The notes beneath the pieces were generated by a model. The model had not been told where the DNA came from and made no database searches. It was given only the letters and a program-made list of their open reading frames with translations. A stretch of 64,000 nucleotides of DNA from NCBI RefSeq assembly GCF_018977255.1, contig NW_024704743.1, forward strand, positions 71,922,001 through 71,986,000, given 5' to 3'. Source of the stretch: Callorhinchus milii (lineage: Eukaryota). How positions within the stretch are numbered: position 1 is the first letter of the stretch; every line of letters begins with the position of its first letter. Both the position numbers and the translations under genes were made by a program. Shown in pieces: positions 35,299-50,163 of the stretch.

Positions 35299-38200
35299 AT
35301 TTAGAGAGCACAGCTGAAATATTCTTGCATTTACAGGGATTTCTGGAACAGTATGAGACACCCCCCGTTGCAGGACTGTTCACTTTGCCTGAGGTGGATT
35401 TCAGTTAACGCCTCAAATGTTCTTTCATGGGTTGAAGATACAAAGATACACTAACCAGCCTGTAGGTAGAAGCACCTCTCTGTCCAGAATCCACTTCCCT
35501 CAGCTGTCAAATACTTTTAACACTAGCAACATCTACAAAAATGTTTTGAATATTTTCTGGACTGCTACATCTATAAAAAATAATCTTTGCCTTACCACGT
35601 CAAAATGTCTCAGCACTTAGCAGGGTTTATTGTAAAATGCAGTGACTGTGTAATTTGTAGGAGAACAGGTTTGAACCAACGTCCCAGGCCATTATATCTG
35701 AAGAATATTTTTTACAGTAAACCACAGGTGTAAACAAAGATTGGACTCAACAGTGCTGCTTGCAGAATCAACACCTCAATGCTGACAGGGGCTGAGACAC
35801 TTTGCTTGGTCACGCGGTTTGGATTTTGAAAGTGATCAACCTAAATTTCAGTGAAGTGTTTGTATCCTTTAAACAAATATACCAACTGAAAATAGTGCAA
35901 TCCCAATCGTCCCCCTAAATCAACCAATTACGATTGAATTTAAGAATTTTGTACAGTTCTGTGCAATTGTGAGAGTAGAGTAGATAATAGGTATAATTAT
36001 GAGTGGACTTTGGGTTCAACAATGAATCACTACAGGAAAGCTTAATAATCCTTTCCAAAACTAGATACAGAGGAAAAAGTCCATGTAAAAATTTTTGACA
36101 GTGTTCATTGGAGTGCCTTGAGTTGTTCTTGGTGAAAGCAAAGTAAAAATGCTCCTGGATCTGTGGTAATTTATTCTAGAATCTGATTGTAATAGTCAGT
36201 AGATGGGATATTGGAATAATTATCTCCAGAGTCTTTGGTATTGCCTGGCAACATAGGTATACTGCTGATCTCTGTCCACATTCTCAGTGTCCATTCCCAG
36301 TGTTCTGCATATGCTCACAATGTTCTCAGTGACCAGACCGTGCCTGACCTACCCGCAGTGTAAACAATGCTGCTGGGTTACACATCTCAAGGGCACTTGG
36401 AATCAAAGGATCAGAAACACTCTGTTTGCTAATGCAAAAAAGGCCTTGTATTTACAGTTTCCATCACCCATTGATCTAAAGTTAGATCGGATACCTCAAC
36501 AGAATTGTAATAGAGGCTAACCAGGAAGCAGATAGAAATTGAATTTATTTTGAGTTCAACATCTCCCAAATCTGACATATTGTACTCTAGACACACTGTG
36601 CCATGAAACCCTTGCCCCAATTACAATAGGTTGCAATCACATTCGAATACACAATAAGAACTGAAATCTTGGCGAGATTAACCAGGAACTAGTGATCAAG
36701 GCAGTGGAATGAGTGAAAGAGAGTTACACATAACACCTCAACAGTAAACAGAGGGGTGACTAAGGATAACGTGGATGTCGAGGGGTGGGGGATGGAAAAT
36801 CTACTACAAATTGAGGAGGGTTTTTACAAAGAATCAACTGGCAAAGCTTCCTAGCTGGGAATTCGAGATGTTTTCTTCTGTATCTCTCTGTTCACCTCTC
36901 TGTAACAGAATAGGACAACTGAGAAGGACGTAATGCTGGACGAGCATGCTGCAAGACTAAGCAAGAGGTACTGCCATGCATCTAGGAAATAATGTTTCAT
37001 TGATGTACATACAAAAAGTAGACAAGCAAAATGCTCACTGATATTATGTTTGTTGATCCATTATGCAAAATATTACTTCACATTGAAATGCAAACATCCT
37101 CTGATTCTCCCTCTTTCCCACATACATACACACACCTTGGAGAAGGTTGGTTGTTGGATTCCTAATAGATCTGAATAAATAACACTATCCTTAGCACTTA
37201 ACAAGCTGGTTTAAAGGACACTGAACACAACGTCCTAGAATTAGTTTACTCAAACTGCTTGGTGTAAAGTTGTCAGAACTTGCAATTCATAACCAGATTT
37301 TGTTTCTCCGACAAGCCAATGGATTTCAAATCCTACTCATTGTACTAATATTGGCTAACAGTTATAAACAGAAAGCTGTAGTTTTGATACAAAACTAAAG
37401 TACTTAGCCAAGGAACACATAATAAGCCTTTTCAACGAAATAGTCCAGATTTAATTTCTAGTCAATCAATGAAAATATAAAAGCGGTTAAACAACTGGAA
37501 TTTTACTTCAGTGTATTCTCGAGAACTTAATAAATCATCATTATTGGATTCTCATGACATTTACCAAGAAGGGTTTGTGTTGTCCATATTCTTTGTCCAT
37601 TAGTCAATGTTGACAGTGGGTTCTAAAGGAAGATGAGTATTTACATAAGAAGGATGTTGCCAGTGAATGAAAAGTCACACAAAACAATACACAGCACAGC
37701 AGGCTCCCCAGTATAGATTGGACCCTTTATTTACAACCCAAAATTATTTATTTGTTACCTTTCTTGTCATTCAGAGGCCCTGATGTTGCAAACAATGTAA
37801 ACACTAAATATACAAACCGGGGGAGGGTATTTACTGTCCAATGCAAATCAATGGAGAATAACAATGCAAAATATGCCAGGTTCAACCCCCAGTCTGTGTT
37901 CGGATGAGACGTTGAACTAATGTGCTCTCTGTCTGCTCGGATGAATGTTAAAGATTCCATTTTACTATTTGAAAAGTGAAGGAAGCTTCTTCCTGGTAAT
38001 TAATCCTCCAGATTATGTAGTCATTCATATCATGGTTATTTGTGGGACCTTGCTGTAAAATAGCTGCTGCATTTTCTTACCCATACACTGACCAGCAATG
38101 ACTATAAGAACTTTTGAGCCATCTTGGAGAAAAATGCAAAATCTTTTCATTATTATTATTAATGATGCTTGTATTTGTACAATGTTAAAGCATGCCAAAT

Positions 38201-40479
38201 CTCTTTTCAGGTAATTTTTGTCAAGTGTTTATTTGTAGATCAATTTATACCCAGCAGGCCATAAAATAAATGAACAATTTATCTGAAGGGTTTGTGCTGA
38301 TATTAGCAGGAGTAGCACTAGAAGGGCCATAACTAGCATTAGTGCCCCTGAGCTAAAGAAGAGGATAGATGCAAAAAATTAGTCAAGGTTCCCAATCCTG
38401 ATCACCATCCAGTGACCCTTGGTAGAAAATGGTTCTCACCTGAGATCCAAGTCAGACTTGGCTGTGATCTCAGGTTTAGCTGTGATTTACTGAACAGTCC
38501 AATTTTTATCTGTCAGCATTCGCCTGGTACATATAATCTCTACCTGTGACATTAATAATAATAACCTTGCATTTGATATAGCGCCTTATCACGTCTTGGA
38601 GATGTCTCAAAGCGCTTCACAGAATATACTGTAAAGTGAATTGACTGTATATGTTGTGGGCAAAATTCTACATCTCTTGATCTTTAACATAAGCAGACTC
38701 CTACCTCTCTCAAGTTATTAATGAACACAGCAATAGAATCAAAAAAGAAAAGACCACTGTGTTTACAATACCAGTACTCACAGTGGAAAGTGGGGATTGT
38801 AGAGCACCGAGGCCATTATCGATTATGTACTGAAACCAGCGTCCAGCCAATTGTATTTAATCTGAGCATCCATTATCAAATGGGTTATATGCAAGCAAGT
38901 CTGTACTTGCTTCTATGTTGTATTTTGGGTGGATATCTATCTTAATAATAAACCTTGCATAAAGTTCAGAATGTCTCAAAGCACTTCACAATGTTTCTAT
39001 GAAGTGTAGTGCACACAGCAATGTTTCACTGTGATTTACACAGCCATAACGTGAATGATCAATTTATCTGGGGGGATTGTTGACCAGAACACCTGGAGAA
39101 ACTCCCTTTTATTTTGGAATAGTGCCATGAGACCTTCAATGTTCAATGCAGAGACGTTTAACCTATTTCGACAGAATGAATAAAAGCCATGCTAGGGCAC
39201 CAAATCTGACTGAGTTTAAGGAGTCAATAGGAGATCAAACAGCAAAACTCTCATTGTTAGTCATAGGGAAATAAAGCAGTTCTATTGTTTTAGGAGGCAT
39301 GGGAAGCACAGTTTGAACTGAATACTCCCCTTCTGAATGAGCAGACAAACAAGACTTTTGAAATGCTAAATTGTGGCTCATTCAGATTCAGATATGACAC
39401 AGAGTGTATCCAGCACCCAGGGAGCCATTAGAAATGGATCATCTCTCAAAGGCAATCTAGTGGGATGTGTGAGAGAAAGGAAGGAGACATCCTAATCCAC
39501 ATGTTACAGCGATCAACAGTATTGTGCAGGTGTGAAAACTGGATGTTAAACACTGACGTTAAAAGATCAGCGTCTTCAGAGTTATGGTGGTCCACAATAA
39601 GTAGGAAAAAAGACAAATGAAAGAGTCTTAGAATAAACACAAGAAAATGGAATGGCTGATCGTGAAGAAAATAAATAACATAGTGTATTTTGCACACATT
39701 ATTCAGGGGATTTTGGGGGCTATTATTTTGGGAAAGGTCATGGCATGAGATCAAGAGGTAGATAAAGATACATTATTTCCCCAGCACTATATTAGTGTCA
39801 GCCTAGACTGTGAGTTTGAAGTCCTGACATGGGACTGCAATCTACAACCTTCCAACTCGACTCCACAATAACTCGCATCCCTCACACGGGGTAATGTCTC
39901 AGAGTAATTAACAATGGCGTTCATGCCGAGCTGAGAGAAAGGGGAGGTGACCGTAGGCATAGTCGAAGAAGAAGGTTTCCAAGTGTGATCTGAAGATTGG
40001 CAAAGAGGGGTCAAGATGGAGGGACTGAGGCAGGGAGCTCCAGAGGTTGGGGCATAGTGGCTGAAAGCACGGTCGCCGATGGTGGAGCAGAAGAGTTGAG
40101 GGACTTACAGAAGGCCCGAGCCTGCTGAGAGTCAGGGGGTAGGTAGAGGCGTGGGGTGTGAGCAGGATGGAGAAGTGGGGAACTCAGAAGCAAGAGTGCT
40201 ACCAACTGAGTCAGACTGACATCTGACAGCATAATATCCTGGCAACAAGAAGTTGAGAAAGGAACATTGAAACAGAAAGAAAGAAATTCACAGCTACTTT
40301 GAACAATAATGTGACTAAAGAATGTGGATATCAAATATTAAGGTCTAAGTTTCTTTCTTTCAGTGATATTGTGAAACTGTTGTCACTGGCAGAAAAATGA
40401 GAAAAAATTAGAAATGATTTGCAATAATCATAGGTAATTACCGTATAGTAATTCTGGATCCTCTGAAGGATAGGGAGCC

Positions 40480-40830
40480 GACTCCATTGACTCCCTATCC
40501 TTCAGAGAATCCAATTCAAGATCCTGGTTCTCACATACAAAGCCCTCCATGGCCTCACCCCACCCTACCTCTGTGACCTCCTAACCCCCTACCAACCCGC
40601 CCGATCCCTCCGCTCAACCGGCTCTGGCCTGTTCCATGTCCCCCAACTCACCAGCCCCATTGGCGGGAGAGCCTTCAGCCACCCCCTTCCCCTTCCCTCC
40701 TTCCCCCCCCCCACCCCGACCCCAGCTCGGGTCTGAAATGCTATACTCTGTCCAGCACCTTGGGATATCCTCCCGATGTGAAAGAACAATTTATCTGAAG
40801 GGTTTATACAAATGTAATCTTGTTGTTGTA
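40480..40830 (+). mobile_element. L2 3' fragment with an inverted duplication at its 5' end
   Basis: LQRIQFKILVLTYKALHGL..PYLCDLL remnant; ttgttg tail. Confidence 0.85.
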
Positions 40831-41829
40831 TAGTGTAGTAGTAAAAATGCAACACAAATATTCAGTACAGATTTATATTTATATAGTGCCTTTCACATTT
40901 GGAGGACATCTCAAAGCATTTCACAGGATATACTGTAAAGTGTCGTCGTTCTATATTCAGCAGGCAAATACGGAAGTCAATTTGCACACAGCAAAGTCCT
41001 ACAAAAAGCCCTGAAGTGATGGATCACTTTTTATTTGTGGAATTCTTGGCCAGGACACAAGGAGATATTCCCTTTTCCTTTTTGAATATTGCCATGGGAT
41101 CTCTAACATCCACCTGAACAGCCAGGCAGAATCTTGATTTAACATCTCACACGAAGAACAGCACCTCCAACAGTGCAATGCACCCATGACACTACATTGG
41201 GGTGTCAGCTTAGACTATGTCAGTTCAAAATCCCAACGTGCTATCACTGATCTACGCTGCACCTGTAGAGACTGTTTTTACAGGCAAATCCACCCGAAGC
41301 TGAACGCAAAACTTTAGGTGTAATTCTGAAAAGAAACTACAGGGGTAGATTACAAAAAATAAGACCAACATTCCCTGGCGAACATTGAAAAGGACGCTGT
41401 TTAGTGGAGTCAAACAGTGCATGAGTCACTGTGCCAGAAGGTTAAAGAGCCCTTTACCCAATATGACTGTACTTAAAATGAATCTTTTTTAATAATATGG
41501 TGGCAGTAAAATGTCAAATTTAATAGAACAAGCAAGACTTAAAGAAACAGAAATAAGAAACAGCTAACAAATGCTGGTTACTCACTAGACTAGAATTACA
41601 GCCAGATACTTTTTTTATACTTTGCTTGCATAAAATCAGTTCATTTCTAATCGGTTATATTTCAATAAGTGCTTCAAGATGTTTAAAATTACAATCCTTT
41701 GATTTGATACATCACCTTTCACATCAGGAAGATGTCACAAAGAGATTTATAGGATATATTGTAAAATGAAGGAACTATTTTTGTAGCAGCAGCCTCTGTG
41801 TGAAGAAATTTGTCCTAAACTCGCTATTA

Positions 41830-42545
41830 GATCTACCTTCACAACAAGTGTTAACAGCCTACCAATGCCCATCTTATTGAATACTTTCATAATCTTAAAC
41901 ACTTCTATTGGGTCTCCTCTCAATTGTCTCTGCTCTAGAGAGAAATGCTCCAACCTGTCCAATCTTTCTTGATAGCCAGCTGTACCCTGATAACATCCTC
42001 GTAAATAATAATATTCCTTGCATTTAATAAACTGCTTTATCACATCTTCGAGATGTCTCAAAGCGCTTCACAGAATATACTGTAAAGTGAACTGACTGTA
42101 TATTTGTGGGCAAAATACAGCAGCCAATTGCGCACAGCAGTGTCCCACAAACAGTCGTGGATTGAGTGACCAAATTATTATCATTTTTTCTTTTTACATT
42201 TTTGGAAGGGGGGAATATTATCCTCAGAAAAGCAATCTGCCAATCGACTAACAACCAGGTTCCTACTTACTGCCAGATGAACAGAAGCGTGTGGATAGGG
42301 AAACTTGCCCAATGTTTCACCCTGCCCAGGAATCAAACTCAGGTTCTCTCACTTGCAACGCAAGTGCTTTAACCATGAAGATACAGGACTCCACAAATTT
42401 ACACTGTACTCTCTCCAATGCTATAATACCTTTCCTGTGATATGATGACCAGAACTGCACACTGTAGTCCAAGTGTGGTCTAACCAAGATTTATATAAAG
42501 TTACTTCCCTCCTTTCATACTCTGTTCCTCTGGATATAAAGCTGA
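41830..42545 (-). mobile_element. CR1 ORF2 3' fragment split by an older-subfamily SINE (42002-42394)
   Basis: Y.ERLDRL..FSLEQRQLRGD.IEVFKIMK on the left and RPHLDYSVQFWSSY on the right of the SINE. Confidence 0.75.
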
Positions 42546-44399
42546 GGCCTTCATCTACATTGTTTATAGGGATGTATAAACGAGAACTAGACAGACACTG
42601 GGTATCAGAAATACTGAGGAGTACGGTGGAAGGTCTGACAAAATGTAATAAACTGGTGGAAAAGTTTTGGTGCACTGATCAAGCCAAGAAGGGTAGGGAG
42701 GGGTAAATGTGCAGGAAGTTAAATTAGTTGCAACCTAACGACCCAAAAGTCAGATATTGTTGTCACTTTTTGTTTTGAGTGAAGGGACCTACCCTGTGAA
42801 TCTGGAAAATACAGTAAACTATTTAGTGAATTATTTTGTATTGTTTACTCAGGCATAATTTAACGTTCAAGTATTAGACATGACTAATGTATTACAATCG
42901 AGGGAATGTAAAACTGCAGTTCAAACACACATTCTTTTCACTGGCTAATGGAGGGAAAGACGTTTACAAATGGGATTTAAATTATTATCTGATCAGAAAA
43001 CATGCAAATGAATTTCAGTCAAAATGTTGGCTCAGAGGGATGAAGCCCAAATCTTGATTCCATCCATCCCAAATATAAAGTGCTGAAATCATGCTTTGTG
43101 TACCTTTCTGAAGGATCAAGCCATTTATCCTTCCTCATTTTCAGAAATCTTTGAAAACATTATGCCTCAAAAGCTGAATGTGTGATACCAGATTTATAAA
43201 GTCAGTTGACTCCGAGTAGCTCCATGAATTTGTCCAGTAAGTAGCTAAATTATACAGATGGGAGGATCCCGGGTTTGATCCTGATCTCAGGCATATTGAG
43301 TTCGTATTGACCAGGTGGTTGTTAGGGTCATTTGGTCTAGTTGCCATGGGTCAGGGAAAACACAGCCAGTGTTCCTGTACCTGATTGCTATCTCCCGTGT
43401 CCTGGCCAACATTCCACCAGAAGAAATTGGTTATTCATTTAATGGTTAAATAGGACGTTCTGTGAGCAAATTGGCTGCTGTGTTCACTTGCAAAAGATAC
43501 TTCACATTCAATCCCGTGAAGCACTTTGAGATAGCCCCCCAAACATGAAAGATGCTATATCAAATGCAAGGATTATTATTATTATTACTATCAATCATCA
43601 CTGCTTGAAGGTGCACGTGTGCACAGTGGGGACAGGATTGGCCTTAGTTCTGATGGCCCCCAATGATCAGATTACAACAAATTACATTTGTATAGCGCTT
43701 TTCACGTCGGAAAGACGTTCCAAGGTGCTGGACAGTCAAGGATTTGCACAGAGCTGGGGTTTGGGATCAGGAGGGGTGGAGGGCAGGGAGGATGGGGGTA
43801 GGAAGTCTGTTGTTTGTTATAGAGTGTAAGCAAATACAGCAGTGAATCGGCTCCCACCAAAGTCCCACAAACAACCATAAGAACAATAGTTCATTCATTT
43901 ATTAGGAAATTCAGTTGAGGAAAGAATACAATTTTGACCAGGACACGGGCGCTCTTGCTTGAAATAGTGTCATGGGATCTTTAATATACATCCGAAGAGG
44001 TAAACAGGATCTTAGTTTAATGTCTCATATGGAGGATGGTGCCTCCAACAATACAGCAGTAATTCAGTCCTACACTGGAGTTAGATTAGATTAGGGTAAT
44101 CCAGACATGAGAGAGCTGACAATTGAGCCAAGCAGACAATAAAGAAATCCTACAAAATATGAGAGATTATTGCAAAATGATGTGAAGTACAAGCTCCTTT
44201 TTGAAAATTTAACTTGATTTCTAGATTTTAAGACACCTGCAGAATAATTTCCCATGTTGCTTTTTCCTTATTTTGGGGGAATGAAAGATATCTCAACAAC
44301 AACAACAAGATTACATTTGAATAGTGCCTTTCATGTTGGGAGGACGTCCCAAGACATTGGACAGTGCCATTGGACGGGCATTTCAGACCCGAGCTAACA

Positions 44400-44728
44400 C
44401 TCAAATGCAATGCTGGGGTTTGTTGCATTGTTGTAGGTGCCGTCCTTCAGATGAGATGTTAAACCGAGGTCTCGTCTGACAGTTCAAGTGCATGTTAAAG
44501 ATCCCATGGCACTATTTGAAAAGAGAAGGGGGTTTCTCCCAACAATCCCCTAAATAAACGTGGTCATTCATTTAATTACTGTTTGTGGGACACTGCTGTG
44601 TGCAAATGGGCTGCCACATTTGCCTACAAAATACACAGTCATTATACTTTACAGTATACCCTGTGAAGTTATTTGAGACATCCTGCTGATGTGAAAGGTG
44701 CTATACCAAATGCAAGGATGATTATTAT
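44400..44728 (+). mobile_element. Old SacSINE1/AmnSINE-like DeuSINE
   Basis: gtgccgtccttcagatgagatgttaaaccgagg..aaagatcccatggcactatttgaa followed by the Deu core and tail. Confidence 0.7.
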
Positions 44729-45174
44729 AAGAATAGACTGAATGGCTTTTCCTGTGCTATTTTATTTTACTTTGGGTAAGGCTGCACAGTTTTCCACTAG
44801 GCCACTGGCAACTAGTCTCTGCTTTCCGTTTCTCATTTTGAGGTAAGGGCGAGTGTTTAAATCATGCATTTGGAAGATATTATCCAGATTCAAACAAAAC
44901 ATTAGTTCACTGTGGAGTTCATTAATAGTGATCTAGACTTCCAAACACAGAATGTACTGCTATAGGTGATAGCATGCCATGGCTAACATAGATTGAGGGG
45001 TTTCTCACACATTGGACTTACCAGCAGTCACTGTTAGTGAATCCTATTGCTGTTTTTCCATTGCTGTTTTGCATTACACGGGGTGTTTTTCTTTTTGACT
45101 GCTCTTTGTTTATATTTCAATTATACTGTAAACGATCTCTGTGTAGACTTGTGTAGTCAACTATCAAAAAAGCG

Positions 45175-45500
45175 TATTGGCTAGAGCACTCACCTGGCAA
45201 GCAAGAGGATCTTATGAAAGTTTCCTTACTCCACAGACCTCTGTTTACCAAGCAGTAAATAAGTAGGAACCGGTTGTTAGTTGATAGGTGGATCACTTTC
45301 CGGCGATAATAATCCCTTCAAAAAATAATAATAATTTGGGCACTCAATCCATCGCTATTTGTGGGACACGCTGTGTGCAATTGGCTGCCATGTTTTGCCC
45401 AAAAAATATAGTCAATTTATTTTATAGTATATTCTGTGAAGTGCTTTGAGACGTTTCAACAACGTAATAAAGTGCTATCAAATGTAAGGATTATTATTAT
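45175..45500 (+). mobile_element. Older-subfamily Deu-type SINE
   Basis: Diverged match to the family consensus. Confidence 0.78.
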
Positions 45501-48291
45501 TACATTATTAAAAGGAAAGCACTAGACCTTGTTGTGATTGTCCCTGGAGTATATTTTAATAGTTCTGAAATGTGTAACTTGTCAAATCTCCAATTTAGTG
45601 TTTTTTCAGTGTTGCTGGAAATAGGAACTGAGTGGTAAAGTAGTTTTTTTAAGGAAAAGATGAAATAAAGCTTATTTCTGAGACTTCATTCCTCATTCTT
45701 TGTGATTTTAAAGAATAAATTATTTATATTTCAAATTACTGTTGATACTACTATACATACGATTGATAAATATTGCCTGAACATTACCTGTTCGAGTAAC
45801 TGCTAAAGATCCCATGGCATTAATCGAAAAGTTTCTCCCAGTTACACTTTACAATAAAATCCTGTGAAGCACTTTGAAACAACGTAATAATAATAATAAT
45901 AATAATGATCCTTGCATTTGATATAGCACCTTATCACATCTTTGATTCGTCTCAAAGCGCTTCACTGAATATACTGTACAGTGAATTGACTGTATATTTT
46001 GTGGGCGAAACACAGCAGCCAATTGTGCACAGCAGTGTCCTACAAGTGGTATATCAAAAGTAAAGCTTACTATTAGGGATCTTTTGTCCTCACGGTATTC
46101 TAGATAGGGAGCAGTTAATTCACCTCCCACGATACTCGTGAGCTTTCCTTTATAACAAAAGTCAGGTATTATTCCATTCATGATGCCAGGTTCTTGCTTG
46201 AAAAAGTTTGCTATTTACAACCACCTGTCAAATGCATCCAATGAAAATTCTGCCAGACCTTACACTCCAATCTCAGCCTGGGCTGACAAGCACCAGTAGG
46301 GCTGGGTTTTATGTAAGAATGGATTTGGCAAGGCTGGACTATATATGGGCTAATTTAAATTTTCTTCCCTCTTGAAAGCATTTGACTGACTAATTTTTCT
46401 TTACCTCAGGTGCAGTACACAGTACCTCATAAGCGACTATTCTTCAAGCAGTGCCCCTGGACAGTAAGCCTATTTGACTTTGAAGCTTAATCCTAGTTGA
46501 ACCCAATACTATGCTCCCCCAGTATCCATCTAGTACACTTCTACCAGGAGCCCCACATAGTGATGAAGCTGAGTCCAATGGCAGCAAGCTTGGTACAGAC
46601 TAACCTAAAATTGGTCTGTTTGTGAGATCTTGTTGTTCATTGCTTACAAATACACATTCCCTACTTATTATTCTATTACCTATTACTCATAAAACGTTTG
46701 AGATGTTTTGATGATGTAAGCTCTATATAGCATGAAAGGAATTATTATTATCAGTTAACTCAGCACAGATGGGGAACCAGGAACAATCTAGATCTGTAGT
46801 CAAATTACACACCAATCTGTAATGAAGCCATAAACTGGTTTTCAGTGTAATTACACATTAGTCAGAGACACAGAGACAAACTCCACACAAAGCTTAATAT
46901 TTGACAATGAGGAGGGGAACAAAAAGCTAAGCACATCCATGTTTTAAAAGGATTTCAACCTAGAGTTTGCTACTGTGTTAAATTGATAGGCCTGAGATAG
47001 TTTAAATGGGTCAATTATTTTTTAAAACTTCAGTTCGTAAAATACTCTTGTCAATGTGATTGTTGGCATTTATATTTTAATGTAAACAAATGCAGCAGGT
47101 TACTGTCATCTGTAAATCAAGAATTAACAGGTTAGTACTGTACCTGCTGTGAGAAAGCAATTTGTGTGGCCTCATAAAATCTAAAGATTGATTTGAAGTC
47201 ATTGACAACCTCTTGATATGTGTTGGTGGACAAGGATGATCCACGATAATCATAAACCTTGCATTTAATAGCAGAGAATACCACCAGCCTGTCTCTGTGT
47301 CAGAAGGTTATTGGCTCAAGTCTCACATTGGAAGGTTGAGCCCCGAGTTAGGCTGACACTCCAGCGCAGCACTGGGAGACTGCTGCATTTTCTGACGTGC
47401 TGAGATAAAATGTTTAAGCTGCCATGTTTGTCTACAAAATACCCATTACTACACTTCAGTGCTTTGAGACGGTGTTCCTGATGTGAAGGGCTTTATATCA
47501 AATACAAGGATTATTATGATTTGTAAATAAAATATCAATTTATTTTCTCTCCTTAACCCAGATATATCGAGGTCAAATGTCATATCTCATATGACTGGGA
47601 CATTCAGCACAAGAGATTAAACCTAGAATTTTCCAGGTCGTACTAAACAATACAATGCATTTACTGACCAAACCATCAGGAGAGCTGCTGTAGTACATTT
47701 GCTCATAATGCTGTAAGTGAAACATCCTGTCCAAATAAATATTGAATTAAATTGCTGGAAACATCATGAGCTGCTCACATCATTCTCATTACCAACAGAG
47801 CATCTGGAGTTGCAGCGGAGACCAGACAATGGGTTTTAGAGATTACTATTGACTGCTATTATCCTATATCTAACAGGATAGGTTGCAATTGTGTAACAGT
47901 TGTACTGTTCGAGAGTATAAGTGTCTTGTGGTTGTGGAGTCAAGAGGACTGAAACAGGACACTACAAACACAGGGTCTGTTTGATGAAACAGGATCCCAT
48001 GTCAGAGCCTGGAAATCACAGACCACTATCTCTAAGACACATTTTGTTTACAGAGTTCAAGCGCAAAGTTAACTATTGCTCACTGAATCAAAGTAATCTG
48101 AGCACACATTAAACCTGCCCCACGTTACTCCAGACTGTACAATTTCTCAAAATCCTTCTGCAATCTCAAGAACAAACAGTTAAATTTAGGAGATGCTTAC
48201 TGTTGTCTCAACTGAATTTTTCTTTTCATTTAATACCCTGCCCACGACATACACACATGTACAAATATACACACTCTTCATTTTCAGTTCT

Positions 48292-48633
48292 AAATAATAA
48301 TAATAATCCTTGCCTTATCACGTTTTCACAGAATATTCTGTAAAGTGAATTAACTGTATATTTTGTGGGCGAAACACAGCAACCAATTGCACATAGCAGT
48401 ATCCGACAAAAAGTCATGGATTGAGTGACCAAATTATTATTATACTTTTTAAAGGATTATTACCTCCGGAAACGTGATCTGTCAATCAACTAACATTTCA
48501 GTTCCTACTTACTGCTTGTTAAACAGAGGAGTGTGGAGTAAGAAACTTGCTTAAAGCTTCGCCCTGCCCGGGAATTCAACTAAGGTCCTCTCGCTTGCGA
48601 GGCCAGTGCTCTAACAATACACTACAGGGCTCT
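48292..48633 (-). mobile_element. Older-subfamily Deu-type SINE
   Basis: Diverged match to the family consensus. Confidence 0.8.
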
Positions 48634-49113
48634 ACATTATGAGAGGATTCTTCTCCCAACAATCACAACCCTTAACCTTTAGGTATCCAAAACACAATGG
48701 TTGGAGTTTACTTTCAGTGTGATGCTTTTCCTCAAGCTGCTTACACAACACATGTTCAAACCAACGGAGCTGTCTAAAAAAAGTTAAGATCTCCTAGACA
48801 TCTGTTTACATTATTATTACAGGCAATCACAGCTGGCCTAGAGAATATTGGGTTGCTATGAGGTGACTGCACCTCCCCTACCTCGATTTTAGCTTTTTTA
48901 TTAGTCTGCCCCGAGGCAGAATGTTTGTGGGTTCCATCCCCATGCCGGACTGTGAACTTGTATAGTCATTATCGATGTGCTATCCTTCAGGTGAGATATT
49001 AAACTGAGGTCCTCTCTACCTGTTCAGATGGATGTTAAAGATCCTAAGGCACGACTCAAAACGAGAAAGGAGTTTCTTCCAGTGTCCAAGTACTCAACAA
49101 AATTGATAATTTT

Positions 49114-49431
49114 GTGGAGTCCTGTAGCTCAGTGGTTAGAGCACTCACTTTGCAAGCGAGAGACCGGAGTTCAATTCCAGGCAGAGGGCGAAACCTTGGG
49201 CAAGTTTCCTTACTCCACACGCCTAATAATAATTCCTCCAAAAAAGAAAACAATAATAAATTGGTCATTTTCGATCCACGACTGTCTGTGGGACATTGCT
49301 GTGCGCAATTGGCTGCCGCGTTCACCCACAAATATACAGTCAATTCACTTTACAGTATATTCTGTGAAGCGCTTTGGGACGTCGAGAAGACGTGAAAAGC
49401 GCTATATCAAATACAAGGATTATTATTATTA
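49114..49431 (+). mobile_element. Full-length young Deu-type SINE
   Basis: Family consensus. Confidence 0.92.
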
Positions 49432-49804
49432 TAATTCACTTAATGGCTATTTGCAGGACATTGCTTTGTCCAAATTATCTGCTGTGTTTGCCTATAAATT
49501 ACACAACTACACTTTGCAGTATATCCCGTGAAGCACCTTGGGATGTTCTCCTGACATAAAAGGCTCTATACCAGATGAAAAGGATTATTATTTTCTTCAT
49601 TGCAGAAATGGAGAAAATGACAACCCTTACACTTCAAAATCTCACTGATGAGTCATTAATGGTCAACTATCAACAGCTTTGGATGACTGTGGGCCTGCCT
49701 GGCTTTATTGGGTATCTCTCTTCAGAATCAATTTATTACCCCCAGGGCTATTCCACTACCCCAAATCCTCCATACCCCGATATCTTTGCCTCCAAGTCAC
49801 TATT

Positions 49805-50163
49805 GATAATAATAATAATCCTGGAATTTAATATAGCACCTTATCACGTCTTCAAGACATCTCAAAGCGGTTCATAGACTATACTGTGAAATGAACTGAC
49901 TATTTCGTGGACGAAACACAGCAGAAAATTGCGCACAGCTGCGTCCCAGTATTGGATTGAAATGACCAATTTTTTTTGAAGGAATTATTACCCCCGGAAA
50001 AGCGATCCGCCAAGCGATTAATAATCAGGTTCCTACTTACTGCTAGGTAAACAGAGGCATGTGGAGTAAGGAAACTTGTCCAACCTTTCGCCCTGCCCGG
50101 AATCAAGCCCAGGTCTCTCGCTTGCGAGGCGAGCGCTCTAACCACTGAGCTACAGGACTCCAC
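49805..50163 (-). mobile_element. Older-subfamily Deu-type SINE
   Basis: Intact head and the subfamily-specific middle segment. Confidence 0.85.

Noticed and set aside
49028..49531. Recurrent ORFs such as MGKFPYST... / MESCSSVVRAL... suggesting a multigene family
   Set aside because: These are chance translations of the same SINE.
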